Assembly (NCBI GenBank): GCA_964016885.1
Contig: OZ024740.1
Coordinates: 208,320,001 to 208,384,000, forward strand
Direction: 5' to 3'
DNA from: Eledone cirrhosa
Lineage: Eukaryota
Length of the DNA: 64,000 bases
The notes beneath the pieces are model-generated. The model did no database searches, was not told where the DNA came from, and saw only the letters and a program-made list of their open reading frames with translations. The translations under genes and the position numbers were made by a program. This document shows, in pieces, positions 13,789 through 29,971 of this stretch; positions within the stretch are counted from its first letter, which is position 1; every line of letters begins with the position of its first letter.

Positions 13789-13907
13789 ATATATATATAT
13801 ATATATATAATATATTTATAATTATATATATATATGTATATATAATGTATATATAATTATATATATATATAATATATGTATAATTATATATATATATAAA
13901 ATATATA

Positions 13908-13960
<53 letters not shown>

Positions 13961-14242
13961 ATATATATAATTATATATATATATAATTGGTCGTTTTGGA
14001 AGCTTCAACAATGCAGATGGGTAACTCTCAGGGTAACAGAATCGGGTGGTAATGAGAGAGATGTGAGAGGAAATGTAGAATGAGACGTATAGGATGTAGA
14101 GGAACGTAGGAAGGAGTGTAAAAATAACATGAGATAGAGTTACCTTGGAAGTGATTCGGATTTCGCGTCCATCAACTGGGGGTTGTCCGAGGGGGAACGT
14201 TTTTAGTCGGAGAGGGGCAACACCTAGCCTCTGTTGTCTATC

Positions 14243-14297
<55 letters not shown>

Positions 14298-14386
14298 TAT
14301 ATAATCCTTATCGAGCCCTCTTCGGATTTTAGTCTTTACATTTATTATTACTATGTATTACAATATAAACATATATACATATATAA

Positions 14387-16550
14387 GCAAAGGGATATTC
14401 AATTTGTTCGTAATTCACCAAATATAAATGTTTATAACTGATTCAGAGCGCTAGCGTCCAACAACGGATTTCACGCATCCCTGCTAATAAAAATATTTTT
14501 GATGATAAGGCAGAATATTACAATGAAGCTTTACATAGAGCAGGATACTCAAATAGAATTAAATACATAGATAACAATAACATGACGAATCATCCTAGAA
14601 TTAATTATAATAATAATAAACAATTTAACTTAAACACTAAACCAAACAAAAAAACTAGAACTAGAAATATTATTTGGTACTCTCCCCCATTCTCATTAGG
14701 CGTTAAAACACCTTTAGCAAAGCTATTTTTTAAAGCACTAGATAAATGTTTTCCTAAAGCCCACAGATACCACTCTATTTTTAACAGACACACTATAAAA
14801 CTAGCCTACTCTACTACTATGAACATAGCACAAAATATTAATAATAGAAACTTAAATTTAAACCCTAACCAAAATAACCAAGATAGCAATAATAATATTT
14901 CTAACAACAATATTCAGAATAATATTACCGTTCCGAACAACATCAACTCCAGAAAATGTAACTGTGGAATTAAATCAAACTGCCCTTTACAAAATAATTG
15001 CTTAGACAAAAACGTAATTTATAAATGCACAGTTAAAACTAGAGACAAAGTATTTAACTATATTGGTGCCACTTCTACAAAATTCAAAGAACGCTAGTAT
15101 AACCATAAACACACATTTAATAGATCCGATAAAAAATCTTCCACTTCACTTTCACATTTAATTTGGAACTTAAAAGACAACAATATAGACTATTCAATAT
15201 CTTGGGGAACTATTTCGTAAGCACCTGCATACCGAAATATGGCTTTCTCAAGATTCTGTAACTTGTGTATCGAGGAAACTTTTTATATAATTAACTGTCA
15301 AAACTCTATTAATCTTAAAACAGAATTATTTTCTAGTTGTAGACATCGCCACTTTCAGAAGTATTTTTAATTTATGATATTCATTACACTTGACTATATC
15401 TTATACACCTTCAAAATGATCCTATTTTCTTTAAAAATTTAAATTTAAATTTTTTTAAATGATCTTCCTTCTTAATTTTTTTTATATTTCTACTATTTTT
15501 ACCATTTGACATTAATTTTAATTTTTTAATATATTTATTTTAACTATTTTTACCTTTTGACATTATTTTCTTAATATATTTTTTTAGATGTAGATTGATA
15601 ATCTTTAATTGACATTCTGAAAGTTTACGATAGTTCTTCGAAATGCACATTACATTTTTCCTCTTCTTTTGATCTTCAAACTTTCACACATCTTTCGACT
15701 AAAATAATATATAATTGAAATTAATCTCACACAAAATAATATATAATTTTCTCTATATATTTTCTGACTAAATCATTCATCAAATTTAACGGTTAACAAA
15801 CAAGATTGGAGTTATCTTTCCCTTTTCAATCGTGCAAACTTAAACATTATATTATATATGTATGATAAAATATATATAACGTCGCTAAATTAACAATATT
15901 CTGAAAACATTTTCAATGTTGGAACAAAATATTTGAATCTACAAATTGTTCTCCTCTTACAACTTGAATTAAGTGTTTTTTTTATGTAAAATGCAAAATC
16001 AACTTCCTTCGTAAATCATATTAGAAATGTAAACAACTAATAATTGTAAATTATTCTATTTCTATAATACTTATACGTGCACAATTATTAATCTATATAG
16101 ATATTTATATACTTACAACCTATTGTAATGTAATAAGAATCTACTTACAACCATAATTCTTCATATAACCTAATTGATTATATATACAATATTATAACTC
16201 ATAATATAGCTAAATAAATTTAAATTCTGGAATCATATTCCACCATTCCCGCAAATTGTTAATTCCTTTTAAATTAACGTAAATACGAGCTCTTCTTTCT
16301 TTTTTTTCTTCTTCCTACGCATACATACATCGTAATTATTTAAATTCTGCATAGCGTCTAAAATAACGTTTTTTCAGCCCTATACCTCAACCTCATTTGC
16401 ATACTCATCTTAATAATTTGAAATATCTGACTTTTCTTCTCTTTTCCTTCACTATCCAAGAAAAACTTGAACCGTTAAGGTACCTTTTCTTGGTTATGTC
16501 AAAATTTATAAAACAAACTTTGTATTTTACCTGATGAAAGCGTACCAAAG
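14387..16550 (+). mobile_element. 5'-truncated PLE (RT thumb + GIY-YIG, long 3' UTR, HHR)
   Basis: QRISRIPANKNIF..YYNEAL, RNIIWYSPP, CNC..CPLQNNC..VIYKC..YIGAT and terminal CRHR, with stops. CTGATGA at 16531. An inverted tail sits at 14387-14452. Confidence 0.85.
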
Positions 16551-17111
16551 TATGTATTTTATCGACTCGTAATGGCGAGGATCCGCTAAGATGAAACAAT
16601 TGTTCTCGGTATGATGAACTAACTGTTGTGTAACCACTTCTACCTAACTCGTCCCATGGTCTGAGTGCTCTACCACTACGGATATTACCTTCCAGTGTTC
16701 TACCACTATATATATATATATATATATATATATTCATTAGTTAAGCAAAACAAGACCACAAATTTCACAAGGAAGACATTATTAAAAGATTGTCAACATA
16801 TTTTAGGGAATAAGGAGTGTAGAGAATAATAATAATAATATTAATAATAATAATGTCCGTTTACAATTGTTTCCCTACTCTATATAATATTTCTGGATCA
16901 AATGACTAGATATCATATTTCCAGCTCTGCGCGCCTAACTTCTGCATGAACCCAGCCACCTAGCTGCTTTCCACTGCATATTGCACATTGAGCACATGCC
17001 TTTACGCTTTGGCTTCTAACTAATTCACCAATCTTTCCTCTCCTATCTCCATCTCTCTCTTTAAGATTGGTTACTCTTGAACTGTGTATATTTATATATA
17101 TATATATATAC

Positions 17112-17183
<72 letters not shown>

Positions 17184-17187
<4 letters not shown>

Positions 17188-17388
17188 ATAATAATAAAAT
17201 TGAAGACTAAAATCCAAAGAGGGCTCGATAAGTAAGTACCGTCTTCCTGTCTTCCTCCGGTTGCAACGTTTTTTGAAATATCCAGTTCTGCGTTTACAGA
17301 TTGACTTTGTTAGTTTCAGAAGATCCCGTTAAGGGTGAAAGCAGCGATTCTTTGCTTAAACTTTAATCTGTTATTTTAATAAATAAAT
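17184..17388. mobile_element. Two-armed PLE mini-element
   Basis: Reverse-complement tail (AGGGCTCGATA) joined to an HHR-like end (CAGAAGA..GAAA). An inverted copy lies at 29010-29178 and a relative at 13454-13550. Confidence 0.65.
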
Positions 17389-17555
17389 ATATATCCATAC
17401 GTGGCTGATGACTGAGAGAAAACAGTACTCAATACTAGTTTTGATATTCATTTTATCAAGTCTATATAGTAAATTTGATGACCCTGTGATAAACAGGCGA
17501 AACCATGTAACAAGACCCACTATGTAGTCGTAATAAAATATATATACACACACAC

Positions 17556-17623
<68 letters not shown>

Positions 17624-18451
17624 GTGCCTGCGTGTGTATATATATGAAGATATTCTTCTAATATATAGATTTTTTAATAATATATAGATTTCTTAATATA
17701 TAGATCTCAATTTTTAATGTATAGATATCAATAATTTAAATGATAAACTAAACATTTAATCATACTTAAAGAATGGTTAAAATTCTCATATTATATATGT
17801 ATCTTCCATTCACGATTATTTACATTTCTCTATTCATCCATAAAAAATAAATATTTATTTACTCTTTCACTTCATCTCAAATGTTAAGATAACTCAACAA
17901 CCTATCACTTAGAGTTTTCGCTCTCTTATCTTTCTCCTTCTCTCTCTTTTTTCTTTTCTCTTTTCTTTTTTCTTTTTTCTTTTTTCTTTTTTCTTTTTTT
18001 TTCTTTTTTCTTTTTTCTTTTTTCTTTTTTCTTTTTTCTTTTTTCTTTTTTCTTTTTTCTTTTTTCTTTTTTCTTTTTTCTCTCTCTCTCTTTCTCTTTC
18101 TCTTTCTCCGTAAGCCAACGGCTTATTTAAAAATATCCAATACTAATTTACATAATAGTATAAATAAAGTTATAACCCCACTATCCGGGAGCTTCCAACA
18201 GTAATGGTTGCATTCTTTAAGGGTATGTCAATATTTATTTATAAAACTGCTCTATATAATATTTTATCTAATGAAAGCACACCATAATTTAAGTTGGTGT
18301 CCTTGAAATATGTATAATGAAATAAATATGGTTTTATAAATATAGTTTCCATTTGTTAATATCGTATTTTTACTCCAATTATTTGTTGAGTGCTTTATAT
18401 CAGTTATAAAAATATTTGCTTGTTGTATCCCAACAATTTAAATAGAACTTT

Positions 18452-18516
<65 letters not shown>

Positions 18517-19261
18517 GTTCTATTCTGTTAATGTATTAAATATTATACTCTTGATTTGGCCAGGGATGAATATTTCCAGATACTTTTTAGGTATGACTTT
18601 CCGTATTTATTCTTTGTATGAAATATTGATTGTTCTTCCGGTATCTTATCTCTGTTTTTAGCCTAAGAAAATACCCATATGCGTGTATAAATAATACATG
18701 CATATATTTATTTTTTTATATCCAATTGAGTTCTTCACACGCAAGGTTAAAATTATTGAAAGAATTAATTGATCCGCGTGCATATTATTTTATTCTCTTA
18801 TGTTTTGCGATGACCTACCCTTTCCGCTTGATGGCAGTGTGAGATTCCTCATTGTGAGACTGCTGGAATTTCAAATTTGGCGGTCATTCGGGCACGGAAG
18901 GGTACCATCGCTGAACATTAATATCGGTAAGGGTTTTTTTTATATCGATATTGTCGGGCATCCACTGATGATTTATAAGTGCCCACCTACATATATTCCT
19001 ACGGACTATGTGTAGGCTTCTACATAACCTGGACATTATTTTCCCAATTTGTAGAAAACTTATAATGAAACAATTGCTTGGAAAGAGATATGTATTTTAA
19101 TTATGTCTCATATAAAATGATACAACTGGCTATCCGCAAAATATGTATAGTTAGCACCCCAAACGTAAAATTCGGATTATACTAAGGTATATCCTAATGT
19201 TTGTTGAGTGAGACGGAAGCCGGTCGGAGTATTGCTTAAAGCTTTCTCTGTTAATGTATAT

Positions 19262-19381
<120 letters not shown>

Positions 19382-19457
19382 TTGGGGAGGGTCATATTTG
19401 TGTAATATTGCCAGAATTAATAACAGAACACACCCACTGTTTGGTTGGTTTTCGCAC

Positions 19458-19523
<66 letters not shown>

Positions 19524-19545
19524 ATATATATATATATATGTGTGA

Positions 19546-19703
<158 letters not shown>

Positions 19704-20378
19704 GGTCAACAGAAATAACACAATCGGTACAGTATATGGAAGGAATATATTAGCTTAACGTTTGAAATAGCAGGAAGAGGGTCTTAACATTTCGGACGCT
19801 AATCCTTCATCAGAAGAAAGAATGAGAAATTAGAAAGATTGAAGGAACGGGCATGGCCTAATCGGAATAAAATGTTTTTAGAGAAAAATAACAGGTCCAT
19901 TCATGTTTCTATATCTTGGAAACTGTTGATGCTGGCGTTAATATAGCAGAAACGGCATCCCAAAGATTAGCCTTCTTCAGGCCAGGTCACAGACTCTCTA
20001 CAAAGTTTAAATGAAACTTACTATTGAATAGATAGTATATTTGTTCAACAGAATATCAATATCTCCCTCCAACTCCGCCCCTGATATTATTAATGTAAGA
20101 CTGAGAATTGCTCAAACGCAGTATATTATGGCCAATAATAAAGAAAAGATGTTGTCCCTAGATAGAAGATTTGCCAGAAATCTTCGTCCTCTCTATCCTA
20201 TAGATCTATATATGTAGTATTGGTAAGTCTTTGCCTACCCGGTATCATCCCAAAAGCTTGGCTTGATTTGAGACTATAGTCAGAGATCAAAATATGAGAT
20301 CGAAATCGGGGCCATTTGACAGTCCCCCTCATACGACACGTGTATATATTCTAAACCGGTTACACACAGTATATATTG

Positions 20379-20480
<102 letters not shown>

Positions 20481-21186
20481 TGTGTGTGTGTGTGTGTGTG
20501 GAGAATAGAAATGGCTGTGTAGTTGCTATTTAAGGTAACTTAAACTGCAGTGGGAATACGAAGAAAGCAAGAACGGGGGCGGGGGGGTTCCTCATCAGTT
20601 GTCTACTGGAGGTCTCGGATATTTCTACGCTTTAAAGGCGATATACCTCGCCCCAGGGCATCAATAATTGGATAAGTTATTGGGAAAACGGAAGAAGGAG
20701 GGAAGGAAAGCAAAGGGGAAGAAAAGAGAAAACAGTAACAAAACAGCAAAAAAAAACAACAAAAAACGAGCAATGTGCGAGCAACTATAGGTAGGAAATC
20801 CAAGACCACTCGATAAGAGAACTTAAGTTCAAGACTGAGTGGTCGAGAGGAAAGAGACACACGCCCGATCGCCGCAGTTGTAAGTGAGAAGTGAACTGCT
20901 AAATGGTCAGACGAGGGGTGAAAGTGAGAGGGAGAAAGGGAGAGGAGGAAAGTGGTAAGAGTAGATAGGGAGAAAGGGAGGGGAAGAAAGAGGGATGAGA
21001 GTAGAAAGTAGCGAAATAGGTAGGTAGAAGGGGGGAGAAGAATGGTCACAGCGAAAAACATGATGAAATATATGGAGAATAGAAATGGCTGTGTAGTTGC
21101 TATTTAAGGTAACTTAAAATGCAGTGGGAATATATACATATATATGTGTGTGTATGTGCGTGTGTGTGTGTGTGTATGTATATATA

Positions 21187-21218
<32 letters not shown>

Positions 21219-21231
21219 GAAAGAGGGAGAG

Positions 21232-22408
<1,177 letters not shown>

Positions 22409-22446
22409 TGTTCGCGGCATGGTGAACTAACTGTTGTTTAACCACT

Positions 22447-22473
<27 letters not shown>

Positions 22474-22477
<4 letters not shown>

Positions 22478-22674
22478 TTAATATAGATGAGATTCTACAG
22501 GACTAGATCTGTTTCATTCTTTAGAAATCATCAGGAATCTCATTCCTGATGATTTCTAAAGAATGAAACAGTTCTAGTTCTGTAGAATCTCATCTATATT
22601 AAAACTTTTATACTCTGCAATGTATTGAGTACCTTACTTACTGTGGTTACCTCCGCATCAACCCAGAATAACGT
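22474..22674. mobile_element. 200-bp palindrome with two inverted HHRs plus a one-sided tail
   Basis: Inverted repeat 22474-22606. Each strand reads ATTC-CTGATGA-tTTC taaa GAAt-GAAA-CAG..CTG-TA-GAAT. Tail 22607-22674 has TATTGAGTACC. Confidence 0.85.
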
Positions 22675-22675
22675 A

Positions 22676-22711
<36 letters not shown>

Positions 22712-22713
<2 letters not shown>

Positions 22714-23110
22714 AAAGAGGGTGTGGTAAGATACCAAGTGGACCATAATGCACCAGAGTACTCAATACTTTGGGTAGTAGAGTGGGTAATAGGACCCCGA
22801 CGGCTGAGCTCCGGCCGTTTTGACAGCTAGATCCGATCTAAGTATTAGAACGGCAGGAATCTAGCTGAACTTATCAAGGGGTACAGTCCATATATGAGCA
22901 TGCTGTCAAAACAAAAAAAAAATCAAATATATGTAAGCAAAAAATCCTAAAAATTTGTTGTTTTTCTTGTTTGTCACGGGGAGTAGTCCATGATCTGGGA
23001 TGTCATGTACATAGTTAAATTCCTTCATAGCGGCGGGCGGCTGAACAGGCCTGAAGAACAAAGGGGCAGGAGTTTAGAAGCAGTCTGACCTGTGGATTCC
23101 AACCCAGTCA
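22712..23110 (-). mobile_element. PLE 3' end with tail, relative of the 39358-43385 family
   Basis: Collinear similarity to 39360-39610 and the reverse complement of the 43308-43385 tail. TTGATAA HHR core on the minus strand. The right boundary is uncertain. Confidence 0.65.
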
Positions 23111-23747
23111 GGCGTGCACACACGGCATTAAGAGAGATTTAATTCTATACATCTTTCATTTATAGAAACAGTAAACTTCAATTCAAAGAGATAAGAATAT
23201 ATTTTCTGCAAGTAAGAATCAAAGAAGGTATTTAGAACGTTTAAGTTAAGTTTGCCTAATCTAACACTTGACTAAAGAGCAAAGCATTTATATTTTAATA
23301 CTAACTCAGTTCCTGATAAAGAAATCTAGTTATCAATTACTCTATTGCACAGGAAGGGCACCTCATACACTAATTTATTTGTATTTTCTTTTATATTCAG
23401 ATACCCAAAAAGTCAACCTTATTCTAGTAAGGTGTCATAGCTATCTGTTCAGCCGGTTCCATAGAACTGTATGTATATTTTACCAAGAGTGAAAATATTC
23501 CCGGTTTACCTTAGGAAGATTAGGAACTGTTTATAATAGTAAGTATGCAAAGATCCACCTAAGTGCATTTAGGATGTGTAAATAACAAATAAAAAATTCT
23601 ATTTCTACCTAAGTATGCCGAGGGTTTCCTCTATCTTAGTTTGTAATTGGGAAGGAGATAAAACCGAGATCTACCCACCTGGGTCGTGAGGGAGTTTGAA
23701 GGTAAGATATGTCCTATATATTCTGTGGTTACACAGAATTTTTTCTG

Positions 23748-23924
23748 CAGCTAGGAAACGTCCGCCGCATGAATGATGGCCGCATCCCCAAAGACATCTT
23801 ATATGGGGAGCTGGTCTCTGGAAAGAAAGCCATCGGTCGACCACGGCTGCGATACAAGGACATTGTGAAGAGAGACATGAAGGCCATAGAGATCAACACA
23901 CTGTCCTGGGTGGCCTTAACTTAA
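23748..23924 (+). mobile_element. RTE-clade LINE C-terminal fragment
   Basis: [37 protein letters not shown], typical of the RTE ORF end. Confidence 0.8.
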
Positions 23925-23929
23925 TACAT

Positions 23930-24321
<392 letters not shown>

Positions 24322-24432
24322 ACTCTCTCTTTTTCAAGTGGTCCTGAAACATTAACATAATCAGTTCTTGGTAGGTCAATCTTCCAACACAGCGCAGTTA
24401 CTTGAAAATATCACCATAATACCCTTCCTTAC

Positions 24433-24576
24433 CTTTGCCGCTGTTCTCTCCAAAGATCTTTCTTTGGAATAACACGGGATGCCACCGTTGCTTCTACCAT
24501 CGTATTTGCTGACGAAGTGTGGTAAGTATTTGGGTACCTTCTGATCCTTTGTGGTGGTCACAGCTGACGACGATAC
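24433..24576 (-). CDS. Candidate host exon (48 codons, phase 0-0): VSSSAVTTTKDQKVPKYLPHFVSKYDGRSNGGIPCYSKERSLERTAAK
   Basis: CCTACTTGCCTGTTTAAG acceptor and AAG|GTAAGG donor. Only the phase-0 frame is open. Unique, GC-richer sequence. Confidence 0.55.
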
Positions 24577-25021
24577 CTTAAACAGGCAAGTAGGATTCAA
24601 AAATACAATATCCATACATACATCCCACCCCCACCCTCCACATATATACATGTGTGTGGGGGTGGGTGTAATAAAATATCGATAATTTTTCTAAAAGCCG
24701 GTACAATGCAATAGAAAAATACAAAGGGCAAATGATGACAAATAAAATAAAACAAAGTAATGTTTTACCCAGTATATTTCAACTTGACATTTCAGGGCTA
24801 ATACCGTCTTTTCAAATGTGGATCTGAAACAGTTCAAAACAAAACGAACGATCGATTTGTTCTTCGTTAACTACACTAAATATTTACCAAAATCGATAGT
24901 TGGTGATCGATGATGATCGGTTGCTTAGATCGATTTTTGTTATGGTTTACGAATCATGAAATAGTACCATAAGGAAAGAAAGTATGTACAAAATACTATA
25001 TCTTTCTCAAACGATATATGG

Positions 25022-25076
<55 letters not shown>

Positions 25077-25084
25077 AACATACA

Positions 25085-25672
25085 TGGTGGCTGCCAACTC
25101 GTTTTCGAGTACGGCCACTACTTTATATCCATGTAGGAGAAACCCTACCGATGCGCTGAACGAGTGTGACTTTTTAGTCCAGCCAGCGACTTGAAAACTC
25201 TGGTACAAACACTACACTTGTGACAAGTACCATGTGTTGACAAGTGCAGAGAGACCTCCAGATATAAAGCAATGCCTGTGCTGTGAAGCTTTTATAGTGA
25301 ACAAAGGCACTGCACAAAGCCAGTCCCACTCTCTTAACCAAGATGATATTTACCAAAAAGAAGAACAAGTCAACATCATTGGATACCATCAGGGTTGCAG
25401 GTGTTATATCAGAGTTTTCCTTCTCCTAGAATTCTGCCTTGACAAAGGTTAAGGGGTCATCTCTCCCGGTGATTTTGGATGGTCATTGACTCTTAAGAGC
25501 TTCTTTGCCCTTTGACAGGTTTTGTTTTTAGTCCTGCAGGATGTCCAAAGTCACCCTCCTCACCAAGAAACCTTGGTGTGGTTGCCAGTTTAGTCGCCAA
25601 CGACCCGACCATGGGACAGGTTGTACTGGGATACATGTTACTAGTAGCATCAACTGGTGACCTGACATAAGC
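25085..25672 (-). mobile_element. Second copy of the 4875-5457 element
   Basis: Reverse-complement match, with about 30 extra nt at the 5' end. Flanked by (CATA)n. Confidence 0.7.
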
Positions 25673-25788
25673 AAACATACATACATACATGCATACATAC
25701 ATATATCTTTTAACATGAATTACATATATAAATATATGTGTGTGTGTGCGTGTATGTATGTATTTATATGTATATATTCTCCTTATAT

Positions 25789-25853
<65 letters not shown>

Positions 25854-26380
25854 CACACACACACAAACACAAACACTCATTCTTTCTCCATTTCTAGTCG
25901 TTTTCGAACAAAACAGATTTTACTTGATATTGACGTCGTCGTTGTTGTTGCAATTTAACATACTTCAACTCTAACCCACCTGTTTTTTTTGGTCAAAGGC
26001 GTTCCTGCGATGACCATCCTATCATATTTTAAGACACAGTGCACCTATAATCATTGTATCCACTATGTCGTTCCATTCTTTAAACATGGTAAGTTGTTAT
26101 TTGAGAAAGAATTGGCTGCTATTTCTAGCGGGTCGAGAGACTCTATTGATGACCCGTTTTTCAAGATACAGTTTTAATTACAAATTCCTTCAAAAACCTT
26201 AAACTCATTTTTTTTTTTTTTGTATTTCTGTGGCGTTTTAAAATAAAGGTTAAGTTCAGTTCTCAGGAAATGGTTGGCACTAAAAGATAAGAGAGGAACC
26301 AGATATCTATTCCAATAAAAAATATCATATATACCGAAAGTGTTTCTACAACACAAATTTTGAATCATTCTAAAACTATT

Positions 26381-26940
26381 CGTGTGAGCCGTATCAACCC
26401 AAGTTACTCCCCCACCGCACCCCACCGTCTCATATGATATCAACCATTCGTCAGTGACATACCTCACGACGTGTGAGCCGTATCAACAGCAATATCAACC
26501 CAAGTTACTCCCCCACCGCACCCCACCGTCTCATATGATATCAACCATTCGTCAGTGACATACCTCACGACGTGTGAGCCGTATCAACAGCAATATCAAC
26601 CCAAGTTACTCCCCCACCGCACCCCACCGTCTCATATGATATCAACCATTCGTCAGTGACATACCTCACGACGTGTGAGCCGTATCAACAGCAATATCAA
26701 CCCAAGTTACTCCCCCACCGCACCCCACCGTCTCATATGATATCAACCATTCGTCAGTGACATACCTCACGACGTGTGAGCCGTATCAACAGCAATAACA
26801 ACCCATGTTACTCCCCCACCGCACCCCACCGTCTCATATGATATCAACCATTCGTCAGTGACTAACAACCCAAGTTACTCCCCCACCGCACCCCACCGTC
26901 TCATATGATATCAACCATTCGTCAGTGACATACCTCACGA
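26381..26940. repeat. 101-bp tandem minisatellite (~5.5 units)
   Basis: CGTGTGAGCC recurs at 26470, 26571, 26672 and 26773. Confidence 0.92.
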
Positions 26941-27109
26941 TATAACACACGCGATATTCAAATGAATTTAATATCGGAATACGATAACTTTTGAAGAAAC
27001 TCGTTGAAAAATGTGAAGCTGTCACCATATTGGATCTTGTACTGTATATGTCGTCATTGACTTGGAAGTGGGATATTGAATCTCGTGTATAGCAATATAT
27101 ATATATATA

Positions 27110-27486
27110 AATGTGTGTGGCTGTGTATGGATGGCTGTATGTGGGTGTGTATGAATGGCTGTGTGCGTGTGTGTGTGGATGGCTGTGTGTATGTGTGTGT
27201 GTGGATGGATGTGTGTGTGTGTGTGTGTGTGTGGATGGCTGTGTGTGTGTGTGTGTGGATGGATGTGTGTATGTGTGTGTGGATGGCTGTGTGTGTGTGG
27301 ATGGCTGTGTGTATGAATGGCTGTGTGGATGGTTGTATGTGTTGATTCCTGTGTGTGGAAAGGTGTCTCTGTGTGTAGATTGCTGTGTGTGTGTGTTTGG
27401 CAGGCTGTGTGTGTGGATGGCTGTGTGTGTGTGTGCGTATGTGTATGGCTGTGTGTGGATATCTATGTATGTTTGGATGGCTGTGT

Positions 27487-27580
<94 letters not shown>

Positions 27581-27832
27581 ACGGCTGTGTGTGGATGTCT
27601 GTGTATGTTTGGATGACTGTGTGTGTGTGTGTGTGTGTGTGTGTGGATGTCTGTGTATGTTTGGATGACTGTGTGTGTGTGTGTGTGTGTTGATGTCTGT
27701 GTATGTTTGGATGGCTGTGTGTGTGTGTGTGTGTGTGTGTGGATGGCTGCGTGTGGATAGTTGTATGTGTTGATTCCTGTGTGTGAAAATGTGTCTCTGT
27801 GTGTAGATTGCTGTGTGCATGTTTGGCAGGCT

Positions 27833-27926
<94 letters not shown>

Positions 27927-28230
27927 CTGTGCGTGTGTGGATGGCTGTGTGTGTGTGTGGATGGCTGTGCGCGTGTGGATGGCTGTGTCTGTGTGTGTGG
28001 ATGGCTGGCTATGTGTGTGTGGAAGGCTGTGTATATGTTATATTGACAACCTCACTATATTTTAGTTCTCTTATCAAGAGATTTCCATATTTTATTAAGA
28101 GTTGCTGCCAGTTTGTTTTCAAACATAAATTTTCTTCATGTCATCGACCTTTCTAGATCTTCAGACTGCTTCGTTTTTTTTTTTTTTTCATTCTTTTTAA
28201 AAAGCATTAATTATTTTATATGTATGTATA

Positions 28231-28261
<31 letters not shown>

Positions 28262-28610
28262 GTGTCTGGATGTATGTATATATATGTGTGTGTGTGTGTT
28301 TGTGTGAGGGGGGGGGGGTATGTGTGTATGTGTGTCTGTGTGTGTGTCTGCGTGTTTCTCTGTGTGTCTGTGTCTGTATGTGTTTCTCTGTGTGTCTCTG
28401 TCTGTGTGTGTCTGTGTGTGTCTGTATGTGTGCCTGTGTGTGTGTGTGTGTCTGTGTGTGTGTGTCTGTGTGTTTCTCTGTGTGCCTGTGTCTGTGTGTG
28501 TGTCTGTATGTGTTTCTGTGTGTCTGTGTCTGTGTGTGTCTGTGTCTGTGTGTGTCTGAGTGTGTGTGTGTATGAGTGTGTGTGTGTCGTGTGTGTACCT
28601 GTGTCTCTGT
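27110..28610. repeat. Compound (GT)n / GGATGGCT / (GTCT) low-complexity tract
   Basis: Direct inspection. Confidence 0.85.
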
Positions 28611-28886
28611 TTATGTTCCACAACAGCAGGTTTAAGTACCAAACTTGAAAACATATGTGGTGGTGTCGAGATGGCGGCAGTCTAATGACCGAAACCAGTA
28701 ATAGAATAAAAAGAATAATAAACGAACATGGAATATATAAATATATGAGAATATAAGCATACATATACATAGTTGCCATTAGACTGTATACAACACAGGA
28801 CGGATATAGAAAAGAAAATACCGTTGAAGAAAATTGTTAACCTTAAGATACCGGGAAGGCGAAGGATACCTGCTTAGTATGATTAC

Positions 28887-29011
<125 letters not shown>

Positions 29012-29194
29012 TTTATTAAAATAACAGATTAAAGTTTAAGCAAAGAATCGCTGCTTTCACCCTTAACGGGATCTTCTGAAACTAACAAAGTCAATCTGTA
29101 AACGCAGAACTGGATATTTCAAAAAACGTTATCGAGCCCTCTTTGGATTTTAGTCTTCAATTTTATTATTATTACTATATAATATATATATATA

Positions 29195-29971
29195 CATACA
29201 GATAAATCCACCAATTAATGGTAGGGTCTAAACCGTATGAAGAACTCAACGTAATCCGTATGTAGAAGATGTCGTGAAGCAAAGTTTAAAATACAAAATT
29301 TTCAACGATATAATTCATTGGATACAGAGTCAAAAATAAAAATTTTAAAACGATGAAATTAAACAAAAATACGGTTAATTCATAGTAAAACTCATTATTT
29401 TACGATCGTTTCTGGGGGGTAGTTCTCCGCATGTTCATTCTATTAGTGATCTATGTAAAATATATTACAAATTATCAAAGTAAGAAAATATACATACGTC
29501 TTCTCTACCCGCCGTCTTCAGAAATAATGAGTTGATGGATTTAAAGAAAAGGGAGATTCTTTAAAAGCTAAATTCTTTAAGGTTCTACTAAGTGACAAAG
29601 GCCTAGAGAATTCTATAGACCAATTTAAATCCATCAACCATGACTGACCCCCAATGACCTTATAGACACCTGATATCTAGGCAATGTTAGCTTAAGAGAA
29701 ACTTAAAAATAAGGAGTGGCACCCCATCCCGAACTTGTTTATAGAATTCTTTCTGCCTTTGTTACTCTAAAAATAAACTATCGCTTTGAAGAATTAGCTT
29801 TTAATGAATTCCCTTTTCTATCAACCAATGACCTACACCCATCCCACTCCCTACTCTCTCCTACCACCTGAAGAGACCTATAAATACCATACTTATTTTT
29901 TGATACCCAGATTCCTGATGATTTCTAAAGAATGAAACAGTTCTAGTCCTGTAGAATCTCATCTATATTAA

